Numbered from the stretch's first letter, positions 1-10,381 are shown. The stretch is 64,000 bases of DNA from Bdellovibrionota bacterium (GCA_050952645.1 JBMNLI010000010.1:192001-256000); one strand, 5' to 3'. The notes: generated by a model not told the origin, from the letters alone. Program-made: numbers and translations.

Positions 1-1045
1 CATTAAATTCACTTAAAAAATTTAAGTTTCCACCATTTAAATCACGAATATCGGTTATGCCGTATTTCATCATAACTAGTCTATCTAGTCCTAAGCCAAA
101 AGCAAAACCTATATATTCTTCAGGGTCTATTCCTCCTTCTTTTAATACGTGCGGATGGATCATTCCACAAGGGCAAAGCTCGAGCCACCCTCCCCATTTA
201 CATGACGGGCACCCTTTCCCTTTGCAAATCCTACAACTACAGTCTAGCTCGAAGCCAGGTTCTACGAATGGGAAAAAGCCAGGACGAAGTCGGACTTTTA
301 AGTTTTTATCTTTAAACACTTCTACTAACATTACTTTCATAGAATATATTAAATTTGCGATTGAAATATTTTTTCCAAGCATCACTCCTTCCATTTGAAA
401 GAAAGTGTTTTCATGACAAGCATCTAAAGACTCATTTCTAAAGCAACGTCCTGGGAATATCGCTTTAATGGTTTTTCCCTCTCGCACTAAACTATCTCTA
501 TATTTTTTGTATACCGCATTTTGCCCAGCAGACGTGTGTGTTTTTAAGAGTTCTCCATTTTCTAAATAAAAAGTATCTTGCATATCTCTTGCTGGGTGAA
601 ACTCAGGAATATTCAAGGACTCGAAACACTCATAGTCAGATACTATTTCGCTGTAATCTTCGATAGTAAAGCCCATAGAGCGAAACACCTCTGTGCAATG
701 TCTTAGCACTAACGTTCTAGGGTGGTAGGAGCCTGATTTTATATTTGGAGGAAGTGAAATATCAAAATCTTTAGTTTCGTTTATTATTTTTTGCAACTCT
801 TTATTTTTTATTATCTCTTGTCTATCTGCGATAGTGCTAGTAGCGTAATTTTTAAGTTCGTGCACTTTGCTTCCAAAAGATTTTTTTTCTTCTATTGAAA
901 GTTTTTCCATATCTTTTAAAAGAGATGTTATTAAACCTTTCTTACCTAAATATTTTACTCTTAAATTTTCTAACTCCATTTCGCTAGAGGCTTTTAAGAT
1001 ATCGTCTTGTAATTTTTTTCTAATTTCACTAACGGAAGCGCACAT
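1..1045 (-). CDS. pheS: Phenylalanine--tRNA ligase alpha subunit (3' end runs off the window)
   Basis: Manual translation from ATG at 1045 (GGAGG RBS upstream): LENLRVKYLGKKG, HPARDMQDTFY, FPFVEPG, FAFGLGLDR. Missing from the ORF track because there is no stop in the window. Confidence 0.95.
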   Translation of the reverse strand, partial: MCASVSEIRKKLQDDILKASSEMELENLRVKYLGKKGLITSLLKDMEKLSIEEKKSFGSKVHELKNYATSTIADRQEIIKNKELQKIINETKDFDISLPPNIKSGSYHPRTLVLRHCTEVFRSMGFTIEDYSEIVSDYECFESLNIPEFHPARDMQDTFYLENGELLKTHTSAGQNAVYKKYRDSLVREGKTIKAIFPGRCFRNESLDACHENTFFQMEGVMLGKNISIANLIYSMKVMLVEVFKDKNLKVRLRPGFFPFVEPGFELDCSCRICKGKGCPSCKWGGWLELCPCGMIHPHVLKEGGIDPEEYIGFAFGLGLDRLVMMKYGITDIRDLNGGNLNFLSEFN

Positions 1046-1254
1046 TTTAGATATATCCTCCAAATAATTTGATATATATATTTTTGATATATTTTTATGT
1101 ATATATATGGAAAAGCGTTATAAATACGCTACAATCAAAACTATTTTAACATAAAAAAAAGATTATTGATATAATCAAAAAGTTTAAGGTTAGAGAAAGG
1201 ATAACAAAACTTTTGTAAAAATTTTTTAATAAGATTTAGTAAGAAAATTTAAAT

Positions 1255-1302
1255 AAAAAAGAGCTTCCTAAAATACTAATATAAATGCATCTTAAGAAGC
1301 TC
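1255..1302 (-). terminator. Probable intrinsic terminator of the 1351-2205 gene
   Basis: Inverted repeat GAGCTTC.TAA...TTA.GAAGCTC followed by T6 on the minus strand. Confidence 0.6.
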
Positions 1303-1350
1303 AAATATTGATCAATCACCGCTGACCACATCTACAGAATGTTGCCGTTA

Positions 1351-2205
1351 TTACGGTTGTCGTTTTGGCACTACTACTTTTGGTATTTCGTCAGTGCCAG
1401 CTGCCTTACCCATAACATAGGCTTTCTGTTCTCCATTTACTGACTTAAAGAAGACTGTTTCTGGCTTACCCATACCAAGCTTATTTTCCCAGTATTTTTT
1501 AATATGATCGGAAAATTGCATACAAATGCCAGTGCAGATATCTTTTATCTGCCCAAGTACTTTGTCCGCTTTATCTATCGGCTCTTTTATCTTATCTGCA
1601 GCTTTTCGCGAGTTCTCTTCTATTATTCCCAAACCCCAAACAGAGTCTTCGCAATGAAGCTTTATTTCTGCAACGATATACAGAATCTCAGGGTCGTTCC
1701 ACAAACTCGCTTCTAGTTGCTCCCTTGCAGACCGTCTTTTAGGCACGCCTTCAGACATTCTAATTTCAAGGCTCTCAGCAACTTTAAACAATTTCGATGA
1801 TTTCTCAGTCTCGCAATCTTTTTTTACTACGTTATCATCGTTCTCAATACCTATAGCTTGTATCTCATCTATCTTATCTCGATAGATGGCAATACCCTTT
1901 TGAATAAAGCCAAGCCTTTCAAGCAAAGACCTATCCAAATACATAGTATCCTTGATAGGCTCTCTCTTCACCATTCTAGCATAGATAAGCGTCAGATGAT
2001 TATAGTTAACTTGTTCTTGCGTCAGTGGAAAACCATCCGCTTGAGCATCAGCCTTATTATGAGCGTTATCCTGCGGGACAACTCTCTCTACCTTCTCTCC
2101 GCCTTTAGGGGCAGGATTTCCTTTTTGCCCAAAGCAAGTCTGCAAAGTGCCAAAGGAAATAATGCACACCCAAAACCAAACAGCAACATGTTTTTTTTTA
2201 CACAT
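1351..2205 (-). CDS. Hypothetical secreted protein
   Basis: 307-aa ORF; better start MCKKKHVAVWFWVCIISFG at 2205 behind a GAGGAGG RBS; signal-peptide-like N-terminus; no recognisable domain. Confidence 0.7.
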   Translation of the reverse strand: MCKKKHVAVWFWVCIISFGTLQTCFGQKGNPAPKGGEKVERVVPQDNAHNKADAQADGFPLTQEQVNYNHLTLIYARMVKREPIKDTMYLDRSLLERLGFIQKGIAIYRDKIDEIQAIGIENDDNVVKKDCETEKSSKLFKVAESLEIRMSEGVPKRRSAREQLEASLWNDPEILYIVAEIKLHCEDSVWGLGIIEENSRKAADKIKEPIDKADKVLGQIKDICTGICMQFSDHIKKYWENKLGMGKPETVFFKSVNGEQKAYVMGKAAGTDEIPKVVVPKRQP

Positions 2206-2417
2206 AACCTTCCTCCTCTCTTCTAGAAATTCCTTGAAAAAGAGAGCAGATGAAAACCATAAAAGAATTTGCAAGTCAATTAAATCTTAACTGTAAATCC
2301 TAAAAAAACCGTTCTTTAAAGAACACAACATAAATTTTATTATACTGAAAATAAGCTTTTTAGACAAGAAAAATATATAATAAGAACACTTAAAAATTAG
2401 CACTTAAAAACATCTTT

Positions 2418-5400
2418 CTATTTTCTTTGACAAGTCCTAGTAGCGCCATTGCAACTAGCCCCTACACATAATTCACAAGTTAGACCTTCACAACATATCG
2501 TACCGCCTTGAAAGTTATCTCCTTCATAAAAACAAGACATCCCTTCACTATAACAGGAGCCAAAGCCACAGCAATATTTATTATCGTACTGGCATAAATA
2601 ATACTTATATTGCGTATTATGCTTACTACAAGAATTAGCATCACAATCTTCTCTTATACACCCAGGATGTATATCTTCACAAACATTATTTTTACATTCT
2701 TTTCCATCTTCGCAACATACGCCATTACATAAATCTTGAGAGCAACAATATTGTTCGTTATTATAATTATATATTCTACCAGTTTTGCAACACGCTTTTT
2801 TACCGCTACTATCTGTATACTCTGTTTCATCACTAGAACAACCACACCTAGCGCCATCACCATCACCTATACATCTATTTACAGGACAACATTGCCCTTC
2901 ACCGCCACACATTATATCTAGCTCTCCAGGGCAACACACTCCATCAGCTCCATAATTGCTACCCTGATTTTTAGTTTCTGTATAATTTGGAGCATCTACA
3001 CTACAACATTGACCTAAATACTTATTATAATCTACATTTGTAGGGCAGCAAGCAAATATCTCTGTTTCCCAATTGCTATATGCGCAATACTCTCCAAGTT
3101 TACAACAAGAAGAGCCACACGATACAGCTGTATCATCTGTAAGTGGATCGCAACAAACTTCTATTAGTTCTCCTGTGAAACTATTCGTAACACTCCCAGC
3201 ATGATAATCGTTTGGCTTAGCACAACAACCCTCTGTTCCATCTTCATTTGTATATACACCACCATCACAACAAGCTTGAGTGCCATCGTCTTCTTTATTA
3301 TAAACTTTACCATCTCCACAGCATAAGTAAGCACTAGCTGCGAAATCGCTACTATAATTTCCCGGCTTCTCTTCTAGTTTAGGCACTAATCTTGCACATT
3401 TATTAGCATCACAACATGTGCCACCACAATGAACTTGCCCCTCTTTTCCGCAACACGTTTGTGCTGGCAACTCTTCAAATTCCACTATCCCAGTTTCTTC
3501 ATTTATTCCAACTTTAAAAGATCTTATTGTGCCTTTTATATCAGTGCAATATTGATTTTCTTCACAACACGCACTACGACAGAGAAGTTTTTCTTGGTCA
3601 TCGCAACAAACTTCATCACCTTGCATATCATAACCTGTAAACTTAGGAGCATCATCTGGGCAACAAACTGTCTTAGGATAACTTTCGCCTTCATCTTCTA
3701 CAATCTCTCCCGTTTCATTTCCGACACTACCTTCAGGGCATTCCGAATCACATACAAAAGATTTGTTATCATATACATCGATTACATACCCTGCCGTCTC
3801 TCCATCTTCACAGCATAATTTTTCATCATTATTTCCTTCAAAATAATTATCTTCTTTACAACAGCTATCTCCTGGTTCTCCATTTTCTTTATCACAACAC
3901 CCATTGTTTTCGCCACCACTAGGATCATTTTCTCCGCTAGGGTCTAACATGCACACATAACCGCTAGGACATAAACACCCAGACACACTTAATGACGAAC
4001 TACTAGAATATTCTTCAGGATTTTCTCTAGAACTAGAAGAAGATTTAGATGACTCTAAGCTAGATTGACTACTAATATAAAAATTACTTCGAGACGAACT
4101 ACTTTTACTAGATGACGCAGACACTCTACTTAACGAAGACGAAACACTTCCTAGAGATATAGAAAAACTACTAGGTGCCGAAGAATAATTGCTAGACTTA
4201 CTAGACAATGAAGAACCACTAAACAAAGAACCGCTAGATATACTAGATACAGATGATATAACACTACTTAAGCTACTAAAAGAACTACTACTAGGCGATA
4301 AGCTTTTACTACTTAAAGAACTAGATGAACTGCTACTAGGTGATGAACTCTTACTAGAAGAGCTAGACAAACTACTCTTACTACTAGATGATAAACTAGA
4401 ACTTAAAGAGCTAGATGAGCTACTTTTACTCGAACTAGATGAACTAGAACTGCTTTTACTAGAACTACTTAATGAACTAGATGAACTGCTCTTAATACTA
4501 GCTGATGAGCTCTTGCTAGATGAAGAGCTAGATGAACTACTACTACTTGGCGATGAACTAGAACTGATTTTACTAGAACTAGGACTTAAAGAACTACTAG
4601 AACTGCTAGGTGATGAACTCCTACTAGAACTCGAACTTAAAGAACTAGAAGAGCTACTTTTACTAGATGAACTTGATAAGCTACTTTTACTTGAACTAGA
4701 TGAACTACTCTTACTACTAGACGGACTACTACTAGATGAAGAACTCTTGCTAGATGAACTACTACTAGGCGAAGAGCTCCTACTAGAACTCGAACTTAAA
4801 GAACTAGAAGAGCTACTTTTACTAGCTGAACTTGATAAGCTACTTTTACTAGATGAACTTGATAAGCTACTTTTACTTGAACTAGATGAACTACTCTTAC
4901 TACTAGACGGACTACTACTAGATGAAGAACTCTTACTAGAACTGCTTGAACTAGGGCTACTAGAAGAACTTAATGAACTACTCTTGCTACTAGAAGATGA
5001 ACTCTTACTAGAAGAACTACTCTTGCTTGAACTAGGACTTAAAGAACTACTTGACGAAGAACTCTTACTAGAGCTACTTTTGCTACTAGAACTACTACTA
5101 CTTAATGAACTAGATGAATTGCTCTTGCTACTAGAAGAAGAACTAGAACTTAAAGAACTACTAGATAAACTTAACGAACTGCTACTACTAGAACTTAAAA
5201 AGCTACTAGAAGAACTTGGCGAACTACTCTTGCTAGAACTAGAACTTTTCTTACTAGAACTACTACTACTAAGCGAACTACTAGAACTGCTAGGCGATAA
5301 TGAACTACTACTGCTAGAAGAACTAGGAGATGAGCTACTACTACTAGATGCACTGCTACTAGATAAACTGCTCCTACTAGACGATGAACTGCTAAAAGAC

Positions 5401-6186
5401 GAACTGCTACTAGACGAACTCCCCTTAGGTGAACTAGATGTATCGAAAATTTGCGCAGTCCTAAAAAAACCTACATGAAACGAATCTGCTATGAGAGGCT
5501 CATCATCTAACAACTTAAATATATCTAATATTATACCAGACTTAATAAAAATCTTCCCTCCCTTCATTGTCCTAAGTTTTATCGTCTCACTTTCTTTATC
5601 AACGGGAACAAAATCTACATATTTTTCCTTCCTCCACAAACTCCCAGGGAGTTTAGTAGTCTTTATACTATCATTATCTAATTTTATACCAGGAATTAAA
5701 ATACCATACTTAGCTATACACGGCTCCCCTCTTAACTCAAAATATTTAAAGCCTAGTTGCTTAGGTGTCGCCACCTTTTTCGATAATGCTAAATTATAAG
5801 CCGTAATCCAAAATTTACATATAGTAGGACAATCTTTAGATAGAGCTTGCACCTCAGGCACTTCGCATACTTCATCTATTTCACTTCGAGTTTTCCCCCT
5901 TATAGACTCACAATTAGGAACGTCTTTCTCTCTTAAACCGTCTAGGCAATACTCTCTTAAAGCTACCATAAAATGAGGTGAAATATCGACTACAAATTGC
6001 ACTGGTCTATTTTCTACAGCTATTAATAATCTTAGATTCCTATCATCTAAACACATCATATGAAAAACAAATACGAAAACATTCGTCACTACCCATGTAA
6101 GTACAAAATAATAAAAACAAACTATAGCCTGTTTCTGTTAAAACGCTACCACGACTCGAATGGGACTTTTTATATTTATTTTTCAT
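2418..6186 (-). CDS. Giant surface protein: TadE/pilin-like leader (frameshifted near 6128), poly-Ser tract, Cys-rich C-terminal repeats
   Basis: 1223-aa ORF 2418-6089 with a very long Ser-rich tract and a CC/C-rich C-terminal half. An ATG at 6186 gives MKNKYKKSHSSRGSVLTET, which joins the long frame as AIVCFYYFVLTWVV if one base is removed. Confidence 0.75.
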
Positions 6187-6564
6187 CAAATTTTTATTTT
6201 GAAAGAAATTTTTAAAGAAATTTTTTAATCGACTGTTTGAGGTTAAAAGGAATTTTAACATAAGAAGATTTTTTACTTTTTTTATATATTATTTAATAAT
6301 TAAAATTCAAAAACGATGTATAGCAAACTTTCTATGATATATGCTCAAATATTTCTTAAGAAAAATCTGCTCTATAAAATTTGTCTAAAATATGAACTAA
6401 CAATATAAATTTATAATACTTACTTGCAAATAACAAGATTAACATTTTAAGAGTAAAGCAAGGCTTTTAAAAATAACCTTAAAAATACAAAGAACCAAAT
6501 TAAATAAAAATCCGATAAAATCTCTACCTTTTTAAAGATATTTTTTTAAGTTATATTTAGCTTT

Positions 6565-7800
6565 ATGGAAAATAATATACTAATTCGCAGAATAGAAAAA
6601 ATTAAAAAATCTTTAAGCAAGCTTTCTAGCAATGCTACTTTACTTTTATCGAGTGCCCCAGAAATCATAAAGTCTCGTGATATAACTTTTGATTTTAAAC
6701 AAGACACTAATTTTTATTATTTTACAAACTCACAAATAAAAAACGCTGTGCTTTTAATAAAATCAAATAGTGATGCTCCCATCTTGCTTTCACCTAGCCA
6801 AAGTAAAGAAGACATATTGTGGCATGGAGAAAGTGAGTCGGCAAAATCTTTAGCAAAAAAAATCGGTGCCGTTTACAAAGACTGTGAACTTAATGAGAAA
6901 GACATTATCTCTTATTTAAAAGAGTGCAATACTCTATGTTATAGCTCTTATAAATATTCTTTATCTAATAAAGTAGCTAAGTTTTTATTAAAAGAAAACA
7001 CTTCTACATTAGAGCGATTAAAGCTTCCATATAAATTTATAAATCAAGACTTTATAATATCACCGCTAAGACAAATAAAAGAAAAAGGCGAAATAGAAAA
7101 TATAAAAACCGCTGTAAAGATTACGCTCAATGCCATAGAGGAATTAAAAAACTTTTTACGCCCTGGGCTTACCGAACTCGAAGTTAAGCACTTTTTTGAA
7201 AATGAAATAAAAAAACAAGGAGCAAGCATAGCGTTTGATACTATTTGCGCAAGTGGTAAAAATGCAGCAACGCTTCATCACACTAGTTCTAATAAAGTGC
7301 TTAAAAAAGGAGAAATGCTTCTTATCGATTGTGGTGCTGAATATAATATGTATGCGGCAGATATTAGTAGAACGCTTCCAGTTTCTAGCACGTATTCTCC
7401 TATTCAAGAAATACTTATAAATGGAGTCAAAAAGGCTAAGCGTGATGCTATAAATAAGGCCGTTGTAGGTGCAAAATTTAAAGATGTGCAACAAGCTTCA
7501 GAGCTAGCTATTATAGAGTTATTAAAAGAGCTAAAAATTTTAAAAGGAAATAAGCTAAACATTTTAAAACAAAAATTACATAAAGAATTTTATCCTCACG
7601 GCGTTGGGCACTCTCTTGGGCTTGATACTCACGACTTAGGGAAACTTTTCGGCGATACTATTTTAAAAGAAAATATGGTTATTACGATAGAGCCCGGAGT
7701 TTATTTTAGTAAAAAGATTAACGATATCGTGCCGTGTGGAGTTAGGATAGAAGATGATATTATAATTAGAAAGAAAGAGTCTAAAGTGATAGAGTTTTAA
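6565..7800 (+). CDS. pepP: Xaa-Pro aminopeptidase (M24B)
   Basis: FKQDTNFYYFT N-domain, LIDCGAE, YAADISRT, HGVGHSLGLDTHD, TIEPGVY, GVRIEDD. Confidence 0.92.
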   Translation: MENNILIRRIEKIKKSLSKLSSNATLLLSSAPEIIKSRDITFDFKQDTNFYYFTNSQIKNAVLLIKSNSDAPILLSPSQSKEDILWHGESESAKSLAKKIGAVYKDCELNEKDIISYLKECNTLCYSSYKYSLSNKVAKFLLKENTSTLERLKLPYKFINQDFIISPLRQIKEKGEIENIKTAVKITLNAIEELKNFLRPGLTELEVKHFFENEIKKQGASIAFDTICASGKNAATLHHTSSNKVLKKGEMLLIDCGAEYNMYAADISRTLPVSSTYSPIQEILINGVKKAKRDAINKAVVGAKFKDVQQASELAIIELLKELKILKGNKLNILKQKLHKEFYPHGVGHSLGLDTHDLGKLFGDTILKENMVITIEPGVYFSKKINDIVPCGVRIEDDIIIRKKESKVIEF

Positions 7801-7807
7801 ATAAAAT

Positions 7808-7969
7808 GGTTCTTTGACGTTTTAAGAGGGCTTAGAAAAATTGTTTTTTTAGGGGTTAGCTTAAAAGAAAATCGGAGCTAGTTAAAGCTTGCGGAGATTT
7901 TCTTTTGGGCTTCGTCGGGGTGAGTGATACTTCTTAAGGTCTAAAACCTACCTTAAAACGTGAAGAGCC
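7808..7969. mobile_element. ISL3-type MITE, copy 1 (162 bp)
   Basis: Termini GGTTCTTTGACGTTTTAAG / CTTAAAACGTGAAGAGCC; internal hairpin AAAAGAAAATC...GATTTTCTTTT; left flank AATAAAAT. Confidence 0.8.
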
Positions 7970-8079
7970 AGTTTATTTTAGTAAAAAGATTAACGATATC
8001 GTGCCGTGTGGAGTTAGGATAGAAGATGATATTATAATTAGAAAGAAAGAGTCTAAAGTGATAGAGTTTTAAATAAAAT

Positions 8080-8241
8080 GGTTCTTTGACGTTTTAAGAG
8101 GGCTTAGAAAAATTGTTTTTTTAGGGGTTAGCTTAAAAGAAAATCGGAGCTAGTTAAAGCTTGCGGAGATTTTCTTTTGGGCTTCGTCGCTGAGTTATAC
8201 TAATCTTAAGGTCTAAAACCTACCTTAAAACGTGAAGAGCC
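8080..8241. mobile_element. ISL3-type MITE, copy 2 (162 bp)
   Basis: Same termini and hairpin as copy 1. Confidence 0.8.
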
Positions 8242-8351
8242 AGTTTATTTTAGTAAAAAGATTAACGATATCGTGCCGTGTGGAGTTAGGATAGAAGATG
8301 ATATTATAATTAGAAAGAAAGAGTCTAAAGTGATAGAGTTTTAAATAAAAT

Positions 8352-8457
8352 GGTTCTTTGACGTTTTAAGAGGGCTTAGAAAAATTGTTTTTAGGCTTCG
8401 TGGAGTTGGTGATACTAACTCTTAAGGTCTAAAACCTACCTTAAAACGTGAAGAGCC
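8352..8457. mobile_element. ISL3-type MITE, copy 3 (106 bp, internal hairpin deleted)
   Basis: Same termini; flanked on both sides by 8-bp AATAAAAT (8344-8351 and 8458-8465). Confidence 0.8.
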
Positions 8458-8520
8458 AATAAAATCAAGCCGTTAGAACTTTTCATAAAACTAAATAGAA
8501 TAAAATAGAAATACTATAAG

Positions 8521-8555
8521 GGCATTATTTTAAACTTGAACTTGAAAATAATGCC
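8521..8555. promoter_or_regulatory. Palindromic operator-like site upstream of the DUF4143 ATPase
   Basis: Perfect 11-bp inverted repeat GGCATTATTTT-N13-AAAATAATGCC, about 50 bp before the start. Confidence 0.5.
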
Positions 8556-8604
8556 ATTATTTAGTATTATAAGCTTAAATTTTATAAAGGAGAGTTTGAG
8601 TTAA

Positions 8605-9786
8605 ATGATAGAAAGGAATATTTCTAATAAATTAGTAGAGCTTGCTAACCTAGTGCCCGTCATAACTATTATTGGCCCTAGGCAATCTGGGAAAACGACT
8701 TTAGTAAAAAACTCTTTTCCAGAATACAATTACGTCAATTTAGAAGATCCTGCAAATAGGATGTTTGCAAAAGAAGATTATAGAGGTTTTTTTGAAACGT
8801 ATAAAGAGCCGATAATTATAGATGAAATTCAAAGAGTGCCAGAGCTTCTTTCCGCAATACAAGTTATGGTCGATAATGATAGAAAAAAAAATGGTCGCTT
8901 TATACTTACAGGAAGCCATCAACCTAGTTTGCAAAGAGGAATTGCGCAATCCCTAGCAGGTAGAACTAGCATCTTAACCCTACTTCCTTTAAGTATGAAT
9001 GAACTTGCTAAAGAAGGACTATTAGAGAAATTATCTATCGACAAATTACTTTTAAAAGGCTTTATGCCAGAACTTTATAGAAAAGGAGCTAGAACTCCCG
9101 TCGTTTATTATCGCGACTATTTAAATACTTATGTTGAAAAAGATTTGCGAGAAATGTTAGAGATTAAAAACTTAGATAAGTTTTTAAGATTTTTAACTTT
9201 ACTTGCAGGCAGAGTTGGGCAGGTAGTAAACTTATCTTCCATGTCTGGGGATGTAGGAGTTTCATCTACGACTTTATCCGATTGGCTATCTGTGCTTGAA
9301 GCCTCTTATATAGTTTATAAATTAAAACCATATTTTTCTAATATTACTAAACAACAAATTAAGTCGCCAAAAATTTATTTTACAGAAATTGGCTTAGCAA
9401 CGTATCTTTTAGGGATAGAAACTGAAAATCAGGCAACACGAGACCCGCTACGAGGAAATCTTTTTGAAAATTTAATCGTTTCAGATATTCTAAAGTCTAG
9501 GCTAAATGAAAATCTAGACCCGAACATCTATTACCTAAGAACTGCTAAGGGGACTGAGATAGATTTAATTTTGAAAAAAAATGAAAAACTTTATCCATTT
9601 GAAATAAAATCATCGATGACGCCTAATAAATCATTTTCAAGACATCTATCATCTTTTACTAAAACACATGAGAATGCTACAAACCCTAGAATCATTTACC
9701 AAGGACAATCTTATCCGCAATTTTGCGGTGTTGAATACGTTAATTATAAAGAATTAAATAAATTAGCATCACTGTTAGCATTATAA
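8605..9786 (+). CDS. AAA+ ATPase (AAA_14 + DUF4143 family)
   Basis: GPRQSGKT Walker A, IIIDEIQ Walker B, FILTGS, SLAGR, KSPKIYF, GNLFEN, EIDL...EIK C-terminal motif. Confidence 0.9.
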   Translation: MIERNISNKLVELANLVPVITIIGPRQSGKTTLVKNSFPEYNYVNLEDPANRMFAKEDYRGFFETYKEPIIIDEIQRVPELLSAIQVMVDNDRKKNGRFILTGSHQPSLQRGIAQSLAGRTSILTLLPLSMNELAKEGLLEKLSIDKLLLKGFMPELYRKGARTPVVYYRDYLNTYVEKDLREMLEIKNLDKFLRFLTLLAGRVGQVVNLSSMSGDVGVSSTTLSDWLSVLEASYIVYKLKPYFSNITKQQIKSPKIYFTEIGLATYLLGIETENQATRDPLRGNLFENLIVSDILKSRLNENLDPNIYYLRTAKGTEIDLILKKNEKLYPFEIKSSMTPNKSFSRHLSSFTKTHENATNPRIIYQGQSYPQFCGVEYVNYKELNKLASLLAL

Positions 9787-9851
9787 TTAGTGCTAATAGG
9801 AACAGCATCTTGCAATAATGGTATCGCCCCACTTTACACGTATAAGGGAGC

Positions 9852-9908
9852 AAAAAAAAAGCTGACTTAAAAACTTAACCTCGCTAAAAGTTTCATCTTA
9901 AGTCAGCT
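9852..9908 (-). terminator. Intrinsic terminator (minus strand)
   Basis: AGCTGACTTAA...TTAAGTCAGCT stem followed by a T-run on the minus strand. Confidence 0.7.
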
Positions 9909-10158
9909 CAGGCAAACAAAAGAAACTTGATTTACAAGTCCCTATTTTAACGGACGTTGCTTGCCCCGCCCTTTCTCTGTTTGTTTGTATCTGCACAATA
10001 GCTATGATGAAAAACATCTTAAAAAGGTTTCAATTATTATCGATTTTAATATTAAGCTAAAAGGTATGAATGTGTGTGTGCGGTAAATAGGAGGAAAACT
10101 TTTAGCTTTTAAATCGTATTAAAAGAAAAACCAAAATAACACGTGTGCATCTACTCGG
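9852..10158 (-). ncRNA. Candidate sigma54-dependent small RNA (~300 nt)
   Basis: Lies between a consensus -24/-12 promoter and an intrinsic terminator; three stem-loops; no RBS-led ORF. Confidence 0.5.
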
Positions 10159-10168
10159 TAGTAAAATA

Positions 10169-10184
10169 AGCAAGCATCGTGCCA
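10169..10184 (-). promoter_or_regulatory. Sigma54 (-24/-12) promoter
   Basis: Minus strand reads TGGCACGATGCTTGCT, matching TGGCACG-N4-TTGCW. Confidence 0.75.
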
Positions 10185-10310
10185 CAAGAAGATTTTTGAT
10201 GTAATATGCTGAAATTATTAAAGTTTTTATATTTTATTAAAGATTTTTAATTTATTTAAGTAAACAACGGCAAAAATTTCCCAAGTTTTTTTGACATATT
10301 AAAAGGGCAT

Positions 10311-10331
10311 AATGACGTATAAATGACGTAT
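10311..10331. promoter_or_regulatory. Tandem direct repeat, candidate enhancer-binding-protein site
   Basis: AATGACGTAT twice at 11-bp period, ~130 bp upstream of the sigma54 promoter, with an AT-rich stretch between. Confidence 0.4.
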
Positions 10332-10381
10332 GGCTTAAAAACATAATAAATAAATTTTTTCTTTTAACTTAAGCTTTCAAC

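Larger units (their letters stand above)
7698..8457 (+). repeat. Tandem array of 3 units: 110-bp pepP 3' end plus a miniature element (272-bp period; third unit shorter)
   Basis: 7698-7807 is repeated at 7970-8079 and 8242-8351, each followed by an element with terminal inverted repeats. Confidence 0.95.

Noticed and set aside
57..398. Short plus-strand ORFs antisense to housekeeping genes (also 13420, 34478, 36614, 54352 and others)
   Set aside because: Shadow frames of well-supported genes on the opposite strand
4189..5478. 429-aa Leu/Glu/Asp-rich ORF on the plus strand
   Set aside because: Antisense shadow of the TCT/AGT poly-Ser tract; no RBS or independent features
6043..6261. 72-aa ORF as a separate gene
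   Set aside because: Better explained as the out-of-frame leader of the giant Ser/Cys protein
7698..8457. Possible CRISPR array or integron attC cassette array
   Set aside because: Period is 272 bp with identical pepP-derived spacers; ends are ISL3-like, not RYYYAAC/GTTRRRY; no cas or intI genes in the window
9935..9962. tracrRNA-like GTTAAAATAGG string on the minus strand
   Set aside because: Short match only; no Cas9, repeats or anti-repeat
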